From Phallusia mammillata (lineage: Eukaryota): a DNA stretch of 64,000 bases. The notes under the pieces are model-generated. The model was not told the origin of the DNA. It was given only the letters and a program-made list of their open reading frames with translations, and made no database searches. The DNA lies in the NCBI GenBank assembly GCA_965637545.1, contig OZ281497.1, positions 17,608,001-17,672,000 on the forward strand, in the 5' to 3' direction. A program made the position numbers and the translations under genes. Below, one piece after another: positions 1-13,200 of this stretch (positions are counted from its first letter, which is position 1; each line of letters opens with the position of its first letter).

Positions 1-3000
1 AGCTAAAACTGTAAGCAGCAGGGTTTTTACTAAAATCATTGCTGACCTATGCTATATCAATTTAAGTTCTTATAGCCAAATACAAAGTCCAATACTTTAT
101 TAGTATAAGTAGTGTAGATCCTAATAACATTATTGTCTTGGAAAGCAAATATACACAAACACAAGACATTTAAAAACGTAGCTTTAAAAATGCAAAACAT
201 CTTGACTTGGTTTTTGCCCACAAACACTGTTATCATGCTGGCATCATTTGAACACTGTATTATAATCCTCACACAAATTTTGTTGCTTGTGAAATAATTT
301 GTTTTGTTTTCTATAAATATTTCTGATTTAACCACCTGAGATATAATTATTACCCAAATAACATACCACCTATTTACTCAGTATTGTTTTTTAAGGAACA
401 AGTTCGTGCGTCCAGACAATCACAAAAAAAGTCACGAAAGGAAATAAAAAGTACTCCTAAACTAAAACATGAACAGCAGACTTTGCAGGTTTATTCTAAA
501 TCTGGTACTATTTTTCATGACATATTCTGTGAGTGCCAACATTTGATAAACATCTATGTTACTCAGATTCCCACCTAAAAAAGGGGAAAAGGCACCGAAA
601 AAGAAAGAAGCACCTGTTGTTTAAAGAAGATCATAACTGTAAGTACATGATTTTCAGACTTTTTTACATAGACTATCATTATTTCAAAAATATTCATAAT
701 GTAAACAACTAATCAGCATTTTGACCATTGTACTTTTGACGAAGTTATACTTGTGAGAGGAAGAAGTTACAATGAAGATGAGCATGGACTTGAATGGACT
801 CAGGTAAGAAAAGCTCAAAAAGCTTAAATTTTGATCACTGTAATTTTAAACAAATGAATGTAGGTAACATCAAAAAAACACAAGCTTAAAACCAGCTCAA
901 AATCACCTGATGACTTGAAGGATTTAAAAAAGTTACCCCAAACTGCAAAGGTAAAACTTTATTTTTTACAATGTCACCAAAGATTTCTTTTTTTGAAAGA
1001 AGCACAATTTGTGCTAGTTGTCTTCATTGGTGTAGTATAAAATGGTTAAAACAAAAGTATACACTTCAGAATTTAGTTATATGGTGTAAAAAATGTGACA
1101 TTGTTTGTTAAAAGTAATGTGTTTAGTATTTTTATGTGATGGTCAGATCTTTCTGTAATTTACAAGATACAAACATCATTACCAATAGAAGCCTTTTGAT
1201 AATTATGGGTCCCCTTCCCTGAAGGGGACACATATTGATTTTACTCAAATAGTTTTTGTTATTTTCTTTTTTTTCTTTTAATTTTTTTCTTACCAAAGTT
1301 TGTCCGACTCGTTTTTCCTTCAAATGTTTGATGGATTTGGATGAAATTCACACAGATGGTAGATATAGTTATGTAGATGTGCACCCCACTTTGTTTTTGT
1401 TGATAACCCCAGTATTTACCCTGCTAGCCCCATAAAATGGGTATTTTTCCCCCGAAGTTTGTCCGACTCGTTTGGCCATCAAATGTTTGATGGATGTGGC
1501 TGAAACTTATACAGATGGTAGATATAGTAATGTAGATGTGCATCCCACTTTGTTTGTACAGATAACCCTAGTATTTACCCCCGAGTTTGTAAACAATGTC
1601 AGAATTGGCTAAAATTGGGATAGCTTGTAAAGTATGCCATTTATAGGTGTCGATTGTTGCGTTCAACCCTGTAGCCCTAACATTTACCCCACAAGCCCCC
1701 AAAGTGTAAAACGTATTTGTATGTTACTGGGCACCACAAAAGAAAGATTTCTGTGGCGCAATAGTGTTACAAGGGCAACCAGTTGTATGTTACTTGTTTA
1801 TGACTTTGTGAGTAGCTTGGTGGACGTTTTTGCGTCATGGCAGTTAGACATCAGAAACATTAACGGTTGTTGTTGAAAACACATCTAGTGGTCGAAATTT
1901 TAAACTTTGGCAGATTATGCTGAAATTTTGCAGTACTATTGATTGAGTCATCGAGGTTTCATATTTTTTTAGTTTGTGTGTCGAACCCCATTAGTAACCC
2001 TACTAGCCCCCTAAAATGGGTCAGTTTTTTAAACAATATCAAAATTGGCTGAAATTTGGACAACTTGTAGAATTTACCATTCATAGGAGCTAATTGTTGT
2101 GTTTAACCTTGTAGCCCCAATTTCACCCCAATAGCTTCCTAAAATGGGTGAGTTTATTAAAGAGTGTCGGAATTGGCTAATATTTGGGTAGCATGTGGAT
2201 TATGCTATTTATAGATTTCGATTGATGTGTTTTACCTTTTTACTCAACTAGTCCCCTAAGATAAGTGAATTTTTAAAAAAATTCCCGCTTACATGAATTT
2301 TGCAAAGTTCATTGAACTTACTATTTTAAGTCCTCAAATGTTGTGTTTTGCCCTGTAGCACTACAATTTAACCAACAAAATGAGTGACCCTTTTAACAAT
2401 GTTCAAATTGAATGAAAATTGGTCAGCTTGTAGAATTTGCTATTCATAGGTGTCTTATTTTTGTCTACCCCATTATGCCACTATTAATTCCTTCTTTCCC
2501 CCCAAAAAAGAGTGTTAAAAAATGTTAAATAGGACACACTTCAAACAATATTTGGGGTGAGTCTGATTTGTGTAGTTTGTATTCTACATAGTGTTATTAT
2601 TTAAGCCCAGTGCTGATCACTGTGTTTTGCCTTATAACACCCGACTATCCATGGTTATTTTTTGAAATGCATTATTTTCAACTTTGCATCTGTGGGGACC
2701 CATGCGTTTCTGCCTGCAGAAACAACTAAGGTTATAAAAGACAGTGGCTAATATGGGACCCAATAAATAAATAAGCATAGAAAATATGTTAATGTTTTAA
2801 GATAGGTTGTAGTGTATGTGCAATGACAAAATGTGCTAAGCTACCCTTCTAGTTTTAAAATTAAAATTACCAAGGTGAACAGGTAAATTTAACTACTATT
2901 CTGCCAACAGCTTTAGCCAACTCATGGATAAATTATTTGATGAATCTTTTAGCTCTGTGTCATATTGAATTTGCAGGAAAATGTCCTTAAAAAAGTAATA

Positions 3001-5625
3001 AGAGGCAGTGCTAATGGATCTGTTACTAATTTGCTGGAAAATGAAAGTAAAATCGAAAAGGTTTGTTTATTGGTAACATTTACGATTTGGTTGTGCTGTT
3101 AAGTTAAAATCTCCCAGCTATGCATTGGTATGTAAATTTGATGTAACATAACAACATACATAGGATATTTTCAACCAGAAAGAGATACTAGGTTCCATAT
3201 CAAAGTATGAATTTTGTGGATACAAAAGAACGACGAGGAAGAAAAATAATAAACTTTGTGTTGTGTTCTGCAGGTTACAACACCAACTGTTTTAGAGCCA
3301 CAAACCATTATGGATTCAAGGGGAAATTCAACTAAACATTGTGAGGAGAAACCAGGCAGTAAACAGACCCAGACAATGAAACCCGATCTATTGACTTTGA
3401 ATACAATTGTTGGCGTTGAATCTGGCCGGTTATCAAGGACAAGCTCGGGATACATATCAGATACAGAACTTTCTGCAAGACAAGAAAACAGTTCGCCTTT
3501 ACTGCAACTCAAAAAAAGGCAACACAAACCTAAACGTCCTTCAAGGATATTAGAAGGTCGTGTTGCAAATATTGACCACCACGAAGTGCAGGATCAGCCA
3601 ATAGAGAGGGTAATACCAGTTGGGGCTGTCACACACAGAGAGAAGGTTGATGCCAGTGGTGCAAATATTGACTTTCATAACTGCAAAGTGAAAATTGGAC
3701 GAGGTGCCCTGCCTGTTCCCACTACCATCTCAATAGACCGATGGAACAGACCTGAGGTCAGTGGCTGTTTGTTGCACTGTATTACCAACATATAACTTTG
3801 CCATGCAACATGTTTACCAGTTTTCTTGTCGCGCTGTTAGTTATCACTCATGTGTAGGTGTCATAAATTGAAAAATATATGTAGGTGCTTTGCGATGACG
3901 GCCTAATTATTACGCCCACTATACAATGTGAACCATCTGGATTGGTCTTCAAAGAACCTGTGCAATTTTCACTGCCCGTGAGCTACATGCCAAAGGAACA
4001 AGAAATTGAAGTCCAGGTCTGTCTGCTTGCTAACATAAGTTTTGGGAACTCATGTGACATGTACATTTTGATAATGTTTTAAGGTTGAAGTGAGTTTCGA
4101 TAATGTGACGTGGGAAAAGCTGTGTGTTCGTCGCCTTTCCCCAGGAAGCAAGCGCGTCATAGAATTCCAAAGCGATCACTTCAGCAGGTGCAGTGCCGGA
4201 TTAACCATTAGGCAAAGTAGGCACGTGCCTACAGGCCAGTCAAAAATCCAGGCCACTTTAAAATTAGTAGAAAGATTTGGCAACACGATAATTCTAATTA
4301 TTTAGTTGGCAATCCTGATTTTCGGGCCACTTATAAAATGTGCCTACAGGCCAGCAGAACCTTAATCCGGCACTGAGCAGGTGGAGATTCTTGAAGTTAG
4401 AAATCGCTTTAAAAAGAGAATTATAAAAATAACTTCGTGCACAGATATCGAGCTCGTGCTTGCAACAGTGACGTTTCTCAGTTGCTGAAATACGTCACAT
4501 CGGTCGGGTACGTCAAGCGTAACTGGTGGTGTTTGAACCCGGATCGGTATGACTTGGTGTGGTGCATTTGTGACGACGATCCGGAACTAAACGATCGAGT
4601 TTTCAAAGAAATGCAAAATGACGAAAACTATTGCTACGACAGAATTATTGATCCTGAGACCTTTTGTGTGGAGTATGTATGGCGCAAAAGTTGTTTAAAA
4701 TGCCTTTGTATTGTAAAAGCGATTTTCATTTTTTAGAGGATGTTTGTCTAATCTAAACGTTACTTTAAACTGCAGGCTGATTTTTTAGCCGTGTGCTAAG
4801 AAAAGCAAATAAATTTAACATAGTACCTTTTCCGTCCCGGCGTTCGGCAATTTTGTCCTATAACAAAAATGCTCATTTGCTATTTTTAGATCTGGTAATG
4901 AACTGATTTTGAAACTGAATTGTGGCCAACTTTCAATCACTCCGACAAGAGAAAGAATCGCCATAAAAGCAGACGACTGGCATCACCAAGTTAGTCGTAA
5001 ATGCAAGTTTATTCTTCGCAAGCGAACTCTGGAAGAAGAACACAAGCATTACACTCTCAACTGTTTAATCACGGTTAAATCTGCTGAAGGAAACAGAAAG
5101 ACAAAGTTGGATGAATTTGCTACTTTAGAATGGAGTAAAGATGTGCAATTGAAGAAAACCAGTTCAGTAGGGGTCATGGTTAACGAAATGAACATGAACG
5201 TTGCTAGTGAAGCAGCTGGCTTTAACATTGCACAAACTCAAACTTCTGTTTCTAGTGGAGAACCGCATTTTCGTGTAAATCAACCAAGTGGCGAAACAAC
5301 GCCGTTGACTGTTTCGTCTGCTTCGCCGTCAAATGAAAGTCAAGTGCAATCCCAATTCTTTGCTGCACGCACACCTAGTCAAATCGACCATATAGTACCA
5401 AACGGACTCTGTGACACGCCACCACGCAAAAGTCCTAAAAGAAACAAAACGACAAAAAAGAAGAAAAAAGCGGAACGTCAAGGTAAACAGCAAGACGACA
5501 TGACGTCATCATCGTCATCATCACTACCGCTGGCTTCTGGTAGAAGGGGTGTCAAAAGTATTATTCCAAAGATTTTTCGACGGAGTAAGGGGACACGGGA
5601 GTCAGATCAGCAAATACCCCAGTAA
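1..5625 (+). CDS. ZU5-domain protein (Lys-rich N-terminus, ZU5, UPA-like region, low-complexity basic tail); 5' end lies outside the window
   Basis: Phase-consistent exons: ..10, 396-504, 567-638, 745-803, 864-950, 2977-3060, 3274-3756, 3885-4016, 4084-4187, 4445-4672, 4890-5625 (stop TAA), all with GT-AG introns. The spliced protein contains KVKIGRGALPVPTTISI...IITPTIQCEPSGLVFKEPVQFSLPVS...FQSDHFSRY, matching the ZU5 pattern (I.IP.GAL...SP.V.C.P.G..F.KPV.L.LP...HFS). The first four small exons are less certain. Confidence 0.75.
1203..2733 (+). mobile_element. Non-autonomous Helentron/HINE-like element with internal tandem repeats, in an intron of the ZU5 gene
   Basis: Subterminal inverted repeats ATGGGTCCCC (1205-1214) and GGGGACCCAT (2694-2703). 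5' hairpin GTCCCCTTC-cct-GAAGGGGAC (1209-1229). 3' palindrome GTTTCTGC-ct-GCAGAAAC (2706-2723) just before a TT end. No TSD; interior is a degenerate tandem array. Exact ends are approximate. Confidence 0.65.
1298..2480 (+). repeat. Degenerate tandem array inside the HINE-like element
   Basis: Two near-identical ~100-bp copies starting GTTTGTCCGACTCGTTT (about 1299 and 1457). These are followed by about six diverged copies carrying AATTGGCTGAAATTTGG...CTTGTAG...ATTCATAGG...GTGTTTAACC (near 1604, 1890, 2043, 2172, 2290, 2406). Confidence 0.8.
4191..4375. mobile_element. hAT-type MITE (185 bp) inserted on a splice donor
   Basis: Perfect 14-bp TIRs CAGTGCCGGATTAA (4191-4204) and TTAATCCGGCACTG (4362-4375). 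Perfect 8-bp TSD AGCAGGTG (4183-4190 and 4376-4383). CAG termini with 8-bp TSD are typical of hAT elements. Confidence 0.92.
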
Positions 5626-7207
5626 AACAAGAAATATTTTTGTAAAACATCAAATGTGAAGATATAAACAGTTGTTCTCTTGATTTTGTTAACTTTTCGT
5701 ATTGCTTATGGATGTTAATATGGGACAAAAGTTTCTGTTTTTGTGTGAAATTGATCTTGCATTTGACTGCTCATGCTCTTTCTCCTCATATGGATTTATT
5801 ATTTCATGCTCCGCTGTAGCAAGTGAACTTTTAACTTGTTTGTATAGCTGAATAACGTTTTCAGAGCAAACAAACCATACAAAGCTTATAGTTCCAACGC
5901 TTCCCTGCGCCTGTTTGACCAAGAAAAGAAGCCCATAGTTCGCTCTATTCAATTAGGTGTATGAAAGTACATTAAAATATTACTTTGATCTTGCTTCGTT
6001 GTTTGTTTTGACCGTGTGTCCTTGTACATTTCTATGCAAGTTTTTTGTTTAACTCTTTGAAAGTTTTAAATATATTTCCCACAATCACAGTGCCGCTGTT
6101 AGTTTCTGTGCCACTTAAAAGTGTCATTAAAGAAAACTTGAAACCAATTGTTTTGTTTTTCAGTCCGTTTTGTGTACATTTCAGTGCGCTTTGTTTCAAT
6201 TGTTTTTTTCCTACCAAATCAACATATTAGCTTGCGTGATGCCGACGAATGGCAAAAACTTCGTTTTAAGAAAAGTTCATTAAATATACGTCATATACCC
6301 TCCCAGTTAATTATCACTGTGATTATGATTGTTTTTACGTTGCGTTTTTTTACTGTACGGCGCTGTACATATTCCGCTAAGTTCTGATTGTTCTTCACGT
6401 TTCCGCTGTGCAAACATGCCAACCGTGCTTTAACCTGTTGGTTGCTATTGTGGTGCTACTGATTTATACATAGCCAATCCAAAGCGGTGTGTACGATAAT
6501 GTTCCATAAAATTTGAGTTATTAGCTTGTCTTATACTATTATGTAGAAAATAAAGTCAAAACAGTATTTTTTGTATTGTCTTCACTGTTTTAAAGGTGGA
6601 GACGTACTCAACATTACTACAGACAGATTCGTCTTTATTGAACAGAACAGCGAAAAGAAAACGACAAAAAAATGTGCAGTAGAAAAGATAAATGTAAGGA
6701 AGCGGTAAAGTAAGCTCCAGCCCTTGCCCTCTGCGTTGATGCAACAAGTTAGAGGTGTGGGTGGATAAGCGCTGTACATAATATAAACACACCTTGGCTT
6801 CTGCGTGGTGTAACAACAGTACGTTTAACTGTTAAAATACGCCACTTTTCATTGGGAACATAGGTGGTAAGGTGAAAGCAGGTTGCAAAGACAGTCATCA
6901 ATATGGTGCTAGTTTTACAATCGAATGGTCCTCACCATAAAGGCATTAGCTTGAATCTATTTAAACACAACGATACATTGGAATGTTGCAATAAACGATA
7001 TCACCAAACAAATTCGAAACCCGGCTAATATAGCCTTTTGAGACTGCAAGCTTGAATTAAACAACTTACTGTTTAAGCTTGAGTTAAACCTGTCTAATGC
7101 TGCTGTAGATATACATGAGCAATTGTGGTCAGCTCTAGCGCCACGCTGTGGTAAAGGTTTCACGGCGTATTGTCACACTTGGAGGCAGCAAAGTGTCAAG
7201 TTTGTGT

Positions 7208-10200
7208 TTATGCTCCACCACTTTTCACCTGGTTCGTGCTTCGGAGCTCGACCTGCTTGAGGCCAGCCACAAGCGATTGAAATCCGGCGTTGTAAGTTAT
7301 CGAGACACCGTTGTAATACCAATCGCTTGCTGTATCTTCATACCTGAGTTGACAAAACCTTTTTTTATTCAATCATTAACTTGAATTATTGTATAAAAAC
7401 CATAAACAGCGTGTTTTATTTCTGGTTGATGCAGGATCCTAATTTAATTATGTCAGAGTTACGTACATTGTTTTATTACATTTGGCTAGACATTAATTCT
7501 ACCTATTAAACACCAACACACAAAAAAACTTAAAAAACAACCGTCATGAAATTTTCAGCTTGTTTACTGACCTCCCGTATTTGCTCGGTCCCGATACCAG
7601 TGCACCGTACAGCGTGTGTTCGTTGCGGGGCAGCGTCCTGTAGATGACGCTTCTTGAGCAGTATTTCGGGGCGGGCGGACACGTGCTGCATGTACAGACA
7701 AGTAATTAGTCGCCAGTGTAAACTTACACACAAAGCACAAACTGAAGAAAACAACAACAACAGGGGACAACGCCTTTCCCGCAAGACATGACTTATTGCG
7801 TCCGATCAGTGATGTCAATAAACAGAAATTAAAGATCATCTATAAAAAAGTTAAGTAGTTTGCTTGGGGTGACAGACAGATTGGACGTAAATGTGGTTCT
7901 TTGAAGGTCGTCGGTTTTACGTAAAGTCTTAAGGTTTATGATCAGACTTGTCGGATCAAAATCCGCAACATGCTTCATCTGAGATGTTATAGCGTAGGCA
8001 CCGAACACGACCGCCTTAGATGTCAAAGCTGACGGTTCAACCTTTTGGAATTCGATAAGCAATTTTGGTTTATATAAATTGTCGCTGCCAGGCATGCCTT
8101 AAATAGCTCTTCAGTAATCGTTTATTCAACGTCATGTTAATATCTCTCGCGTGGTGCATGACATAAAAGACCAAAAAACGGTGGATATCAGCAATTCCTA
8201 AACCAAAAAGGCTTGTGTGCACATAAGTAATTGTTTTATCATATATGATTTTGGTCAACGATTTTAAATACGATGTTTTTGATTTGGGTCAACGATGATT
8301 TGGTCAACGTTTCAAAACACCTCTTTGTAACAGAACACTAACCTTCCTCTATGGTGGGGCCTCGTGGGAGCATTGGGTCCAACCCCAACCACAAATCCAG
8401 TTCCACCTTCACCGAGAAGTATATTAAGTTGATCGCGAGCAAATACTACATAATCGTTCGCTTTCTCTTCCGTTGGAGCGAACTCCGATGCTTGAAGAGT
8501 TAAAAAGGCGACGTTTGCTTAAAAAAAGCAGAATAAATGTTAAATCCTAACTCATGTGACAGTGTTACTTGTCAACTGAATGCAAAATTTATTTATAAAG
8601 TCTTTAAACATTGTATAGTCATCTTTCTAAATGATGTTGTTTGTATCCTATAGCAGCAAAAATGGTCTATATATAGCAGCAAAAACTGTTATGCACCTTC
8701 AACTGTTTAAAGAAAGCAATTGCAGAACGTGCAACAATAAAGCAAAACAATACCTGCGTGCATGTTTGGTCCCCGTACGTTGAGCCAGACCAGGCCGTTT
8801 GGAAGCTTGTGGGCAGCAGAAGTAAGAAGCCAATTGACAAACGTCCACGTCGCCTGTTTGTAGACTTCTTTTTGTGTGATCTTTGCCAACATGGTCTGGA
8901 AAAATCACCAAGGTCAAAGAAACGAGGATTTTTGTTGACGGGAAACTTGCATCGAAAAATCATAAAAAATGTAAGCCAAACAGTTGTGAATTAGTTTACC
9001 GTAACGCCTTGAGTCTTGTCTTCCCAGTAAAACACCTCCTTTTCGCTGGAAGTCTTCGCCAATGAGCTTTCGTATATTGTCTCCGCCTGCTGAAGGTAGC
9101 TCTCTTCTCCTGTTGCCTTGTACAGCCAAGTTGCCGCCCACGCCTGCATGCAAATACAAGTGTAAAACATGTGACCATGTGCCACCAACGTTGAAAGCCT
9201 CGGTCGTCCCTCAGAACAAGCCACAAGTTTAGCACTTGCTCAACGCATGAAGAGCTCTCGAACTGTATTTAGTTATAATACCTTCTGTTTTCGCATCGTC
9301 AATCAGAATGACATTCCTCGGTTTAGCAGCCGCGTGCAAGTCACCGCGTAAACAAGTAGACTTTCGAAGAGCGTGATACGTAAAAATTTCAGTCTATCGT
9401 GAGCGTGCGGTGCCTGTAATAACGGGTCGGAGCGCTAAAGGTCAAGAGCAATTAGCCTGGAACGACCTTGGACCGTTGCCAAATACTGACGAAGCTTTGT
9501 TTTTCTGATTATTCTGGTCATAATTCGCATATGAATTGATTTTCCCCATGAGCGCAAAGATGTTTTTCGAACTTTTTAATCATTTTCTTTCAAACTCAAT
9601 GTTTTACACGAGGGGTGGCCAAACTTTTTTACCAGAGGGCCAAATTTGCAACTGTCTTGCCACTGGAGGGCCGGATTAAATGAGATTTACGTAAAATTTG
9701 TCGTAACTAGTTGCCACCTTTATTAAAATATATATTATTGTAGTAGAATAACAATAAATAACACCATCTTGTTTACACTTGTATTTGATAAAAGGTTTAT
9801 GTATCAATGAGATAAACGCAACTGTTGCACTGCTTATTCACAGTGGTAAATATGGTGCTTGGAAAAAAAACAGGCAAGGTGTTTGGCGGGCCGTAGTTTG
9901 GCCACCACTGTTTTACACTATGTGACTGATGAGGTGTTTTTTGACACTCTCTTTTCTTCAGCTTAAAACGTGCAAAACAAGGTTAATTGAACACGCGATT
10001 CACTTAAATATCGTCTGTAGATTTCGGCGGTTTATTTTAAATAAATGTAAAATTTCATGAACCAACATTTAAGTATATATGTGTGTGTAACCGCACTTGA
10101 ATGTACGTCACTGAAATGTTTTTCGGTGCAGTGCAACCTACAACGCATGTTTACTGACATTTTTACCGCAGAAGAGTAGCGCTATGTCAATTGCAGTTTC

Positions 10201-13200
10201 ATGCATCGCTCTTTTGTGACTTTAAGCAAATTAGACTCTGGCTGTGTTGCATCGCTCTTTCGTGACTTTAAGCTACATTGTGATTGCATTACATTTCAAG
10301 ACCAATTCACACAAGTACACATATGCTTTTACTCTTGTTTACTTACCAATTCATCGTCGACTGAGTTCCACGAGTAATAGTTTGTGGATCGTTTGGGAAT
10401 TGCTGAGCTGAATCCGCCTTTGAATTTTGTAGCAAAAGTCAACAAGGTCTTAGCATGCTCCACACAGGAACTGGCCAACTCAGGATCTGTTAAAGAATTG
10501 CCATGATTTTTTCGTGGTGAAGCTGACATTGTAGAAACGCATATTCGTTTAATGTTATTTTCAACGGGTTTGTATATAATATACCAAACACAAATACTTT
10601 TCTTCTAGGCAGATTTGTAACCACTGGGTCTATTTGACAAAGTCGCTCAGAATTTGTGTTAGGAATCTGATTTTCCGCTTAAACCCGCAGTACCAAGACA
10701 TCCGTGCGGATAACCGTTAAGAAGCAGCTTTTCAAAATTCCGGGCTTTGGTTTTACCCAAAAATGGTTCTACGTTAATACACAAACGGCATGCACTTGGC
10801 CTTATAATCGGATTATTACAACTTGCAGTCACCCTCAAAGTAGATTGCAAGCGAATAATTCCACCAATCAAACTTATCCGGACAATTAACGTCGTTCAGA
10901 TGTACGGACTACTGTGAGTCACCGATGCACTAGATGTGTAAACAGGATGGAAATTGGATTACCTCATATTTACTGCATTGTTTAGGGGCTATACGAGTTC
11001 TTTTTCGCAATATTTATGACTTATAAATGTTGACAAACACAGGGTGCTATCGTGCAGCATTAATTTAAGATATCTGTTGTATCTTAGCCGGGGGCTAACG
11101 GTCGCAGTTACGGTTGTTTGTTTCAAATCACGACATGTGTGCAAACGGTGGGAATCAGTAAAGCTTCAAAACAAGCTGTTTTGTGCATTACATAATATCC
11201 AAAAACCTGAAGAGATGAGCTAATAAGCTTACAAAATGGCTGCATTATGCATACATGACATCCAAATGGCATTTTGGAATTGATTTTACCATGAGAAAAG
11301 AATTTGAAGTGTTTGAACTTTTGGTGGCTTTTCTCCTTTAATTCAATAACAAAGTAAATTTCGATTGTTAATTTAATGTATAAGTCTTTGTTGTGACCGA
11401 AATCAATATGTTGGTGGCATTGCACAAAAAATTTTTTTTTTTTTTTTTCCTTGTATACGCAATTTTCTCAAATGTGCGGGATGTGTATCAACTTGCCGCC
11501 ATCCTGCTAAAACATAATTACAGCCTATACCCATACCTTCGCTTTTAAACAGAATACTTGCAGCTGCCAGGGCCGCGGCAACTTCAGCAACTGCGTCACT
11601 GCCAGGATTTTCTTCGTTAACTTTGTACACAGTTCGCCCGTCTGCTTTTGAATCCTCCGGTCGGGCCCAACCTTTTGACGGTGTTTTGTAATTGCCAACC
11701 TTGACGAAAAGTTTTATATTATTAATTAAGTTCAGGCTAATCTGAACAAGCAATATAGTAAAGCTTTCATCCTTAACAAAACAAAAAACGCGGGCGTAGC
11801 CTATGTTTTTTTTACAAATACAATGATTTAATAAAAGCGGTATTTAAAAGTCGTCACAAAGGGTCATGTTTTCCAATTCAGGCCAAAAAACAAAAAACAA
11901 ATATTAAATTCGCCAATGCTAACAATAGCTTTGCTGTCCTAGATGCAGTTGTTATGGGAATCGCGCTATATTACAGTTTTCAAAAACCAAGCACAAAACC
12001 ATAAAGTGCAGACAATTCCTGATCGTAAGGTATCCCATTAAGGTAAAGCGAAGTTACATCAACGTTACCTGAACAACAAGTTCGTTCTCGGCTGTATGAC
12101 ACTTCAACAAGTACTCGACCGCCCAACGTATCTGATCCTTCAAATTCGCACCCTCACCGGCGACCTCGTACGCGTTCCAGTAATCTATTGCTCCCCATGC
12201 AAGCATCGTGGTTGCATGCGCGATAATCATCGTCGTTTTTACATTTCCAGCACCTGTAAACATAGAAATAAAAGACCGTTCAATTTCCTGAAGGTCATTA
12301 GGTGCAAAGGTGGATAAAAATCAAGTTTCTTGATTGCAATGTTATAATAGTAAAACATGTCGTTCGTTTTCAGCGCATCTGTGACATCGATCATAGAAAT
12401 CGAAGGTGAAGAATCATCCAATTACAATTTGGTCGCTGAACAGGGCCTTGGTTTTCAAGATATCGTCGCAATCTCGCTGTTAGTCGGCTTGTTTGTGTGC
12501 ATGTCTGCCAGTTGGTTTGTTGTAATATCATGGCGCCCGTGATAAGTCGTTCCGTAAATGGCAACGCAATATCACATAAGCTGTGTGCAAGGTCAACTCC
12601 GCAAACAACTTCCGCGGAAAGAAACATTTCTTACACAAGCGAACTCCTATTTGATCAATGTGTCTTCACGACTCGAGATAACTAAACCGACTTTCAAACT
12701 TGGTCTTGATTTGTGTATTCTCTGAAAAGGTTATGGTGCTTCTACAAAGTTCACAGACCGTGCTAAGCTAGAAACCATTTTCCCCCTGGGGCATTGTAAT
12801 TTATTTCACAAAATTATTTTATTTTTATACTCGAATACGGATTTTTCGTCCATGCAGGAATTTCCTTTCCATAACGTCACGGTCGCATAGTTCAGTTAAG
12901 TGTGGCCACGAGTCAAATATATGAGAAAGTAGCGAAGAACTGGACGTTCTTCAAGCGAAGGGCAAAGCCGGGCGTGATTTTAAGCGTTACAAAGTGTCAC
13001 CTGTTAAAAAATCGCGACGGATGCAAAAATGCTCGACGATAATTATTAGTCAGTCAAAGTGAAGGCCACCAGGATGCCAAGCACCACAAGTGCGGGTGAT
13101 ACACGGCAATGTTATTGTTCTTCGCACGTTCGAAACAAGTTTTGTATACAAGTTGCCTGGACTTCAATGTAGGTGACAATTTTATACAATGGTAACCTAT

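Noticed and set aside
1298-2480. Repeat array considered as a CRISPR array
   Set aside because: Eukaryotic intron, long degenerate units with no unique spacers, and no cas genes.
5689-6816. Several short hydrophobic ORFs between the convergent ZU5 and GH9 genes
   Set aside because: No recognisable family, no consistent exon chain, and overlapping ORFs on both strands; best explained as 3' UTR or intergenic AT-rich sequence.
7829-8095. 88-aa minus-strand ORF inside the GH9 gene considered as an extra exon
   Set aside because: The GH9 domain is complete and in phase without it, and it shows no GH9 similarity.
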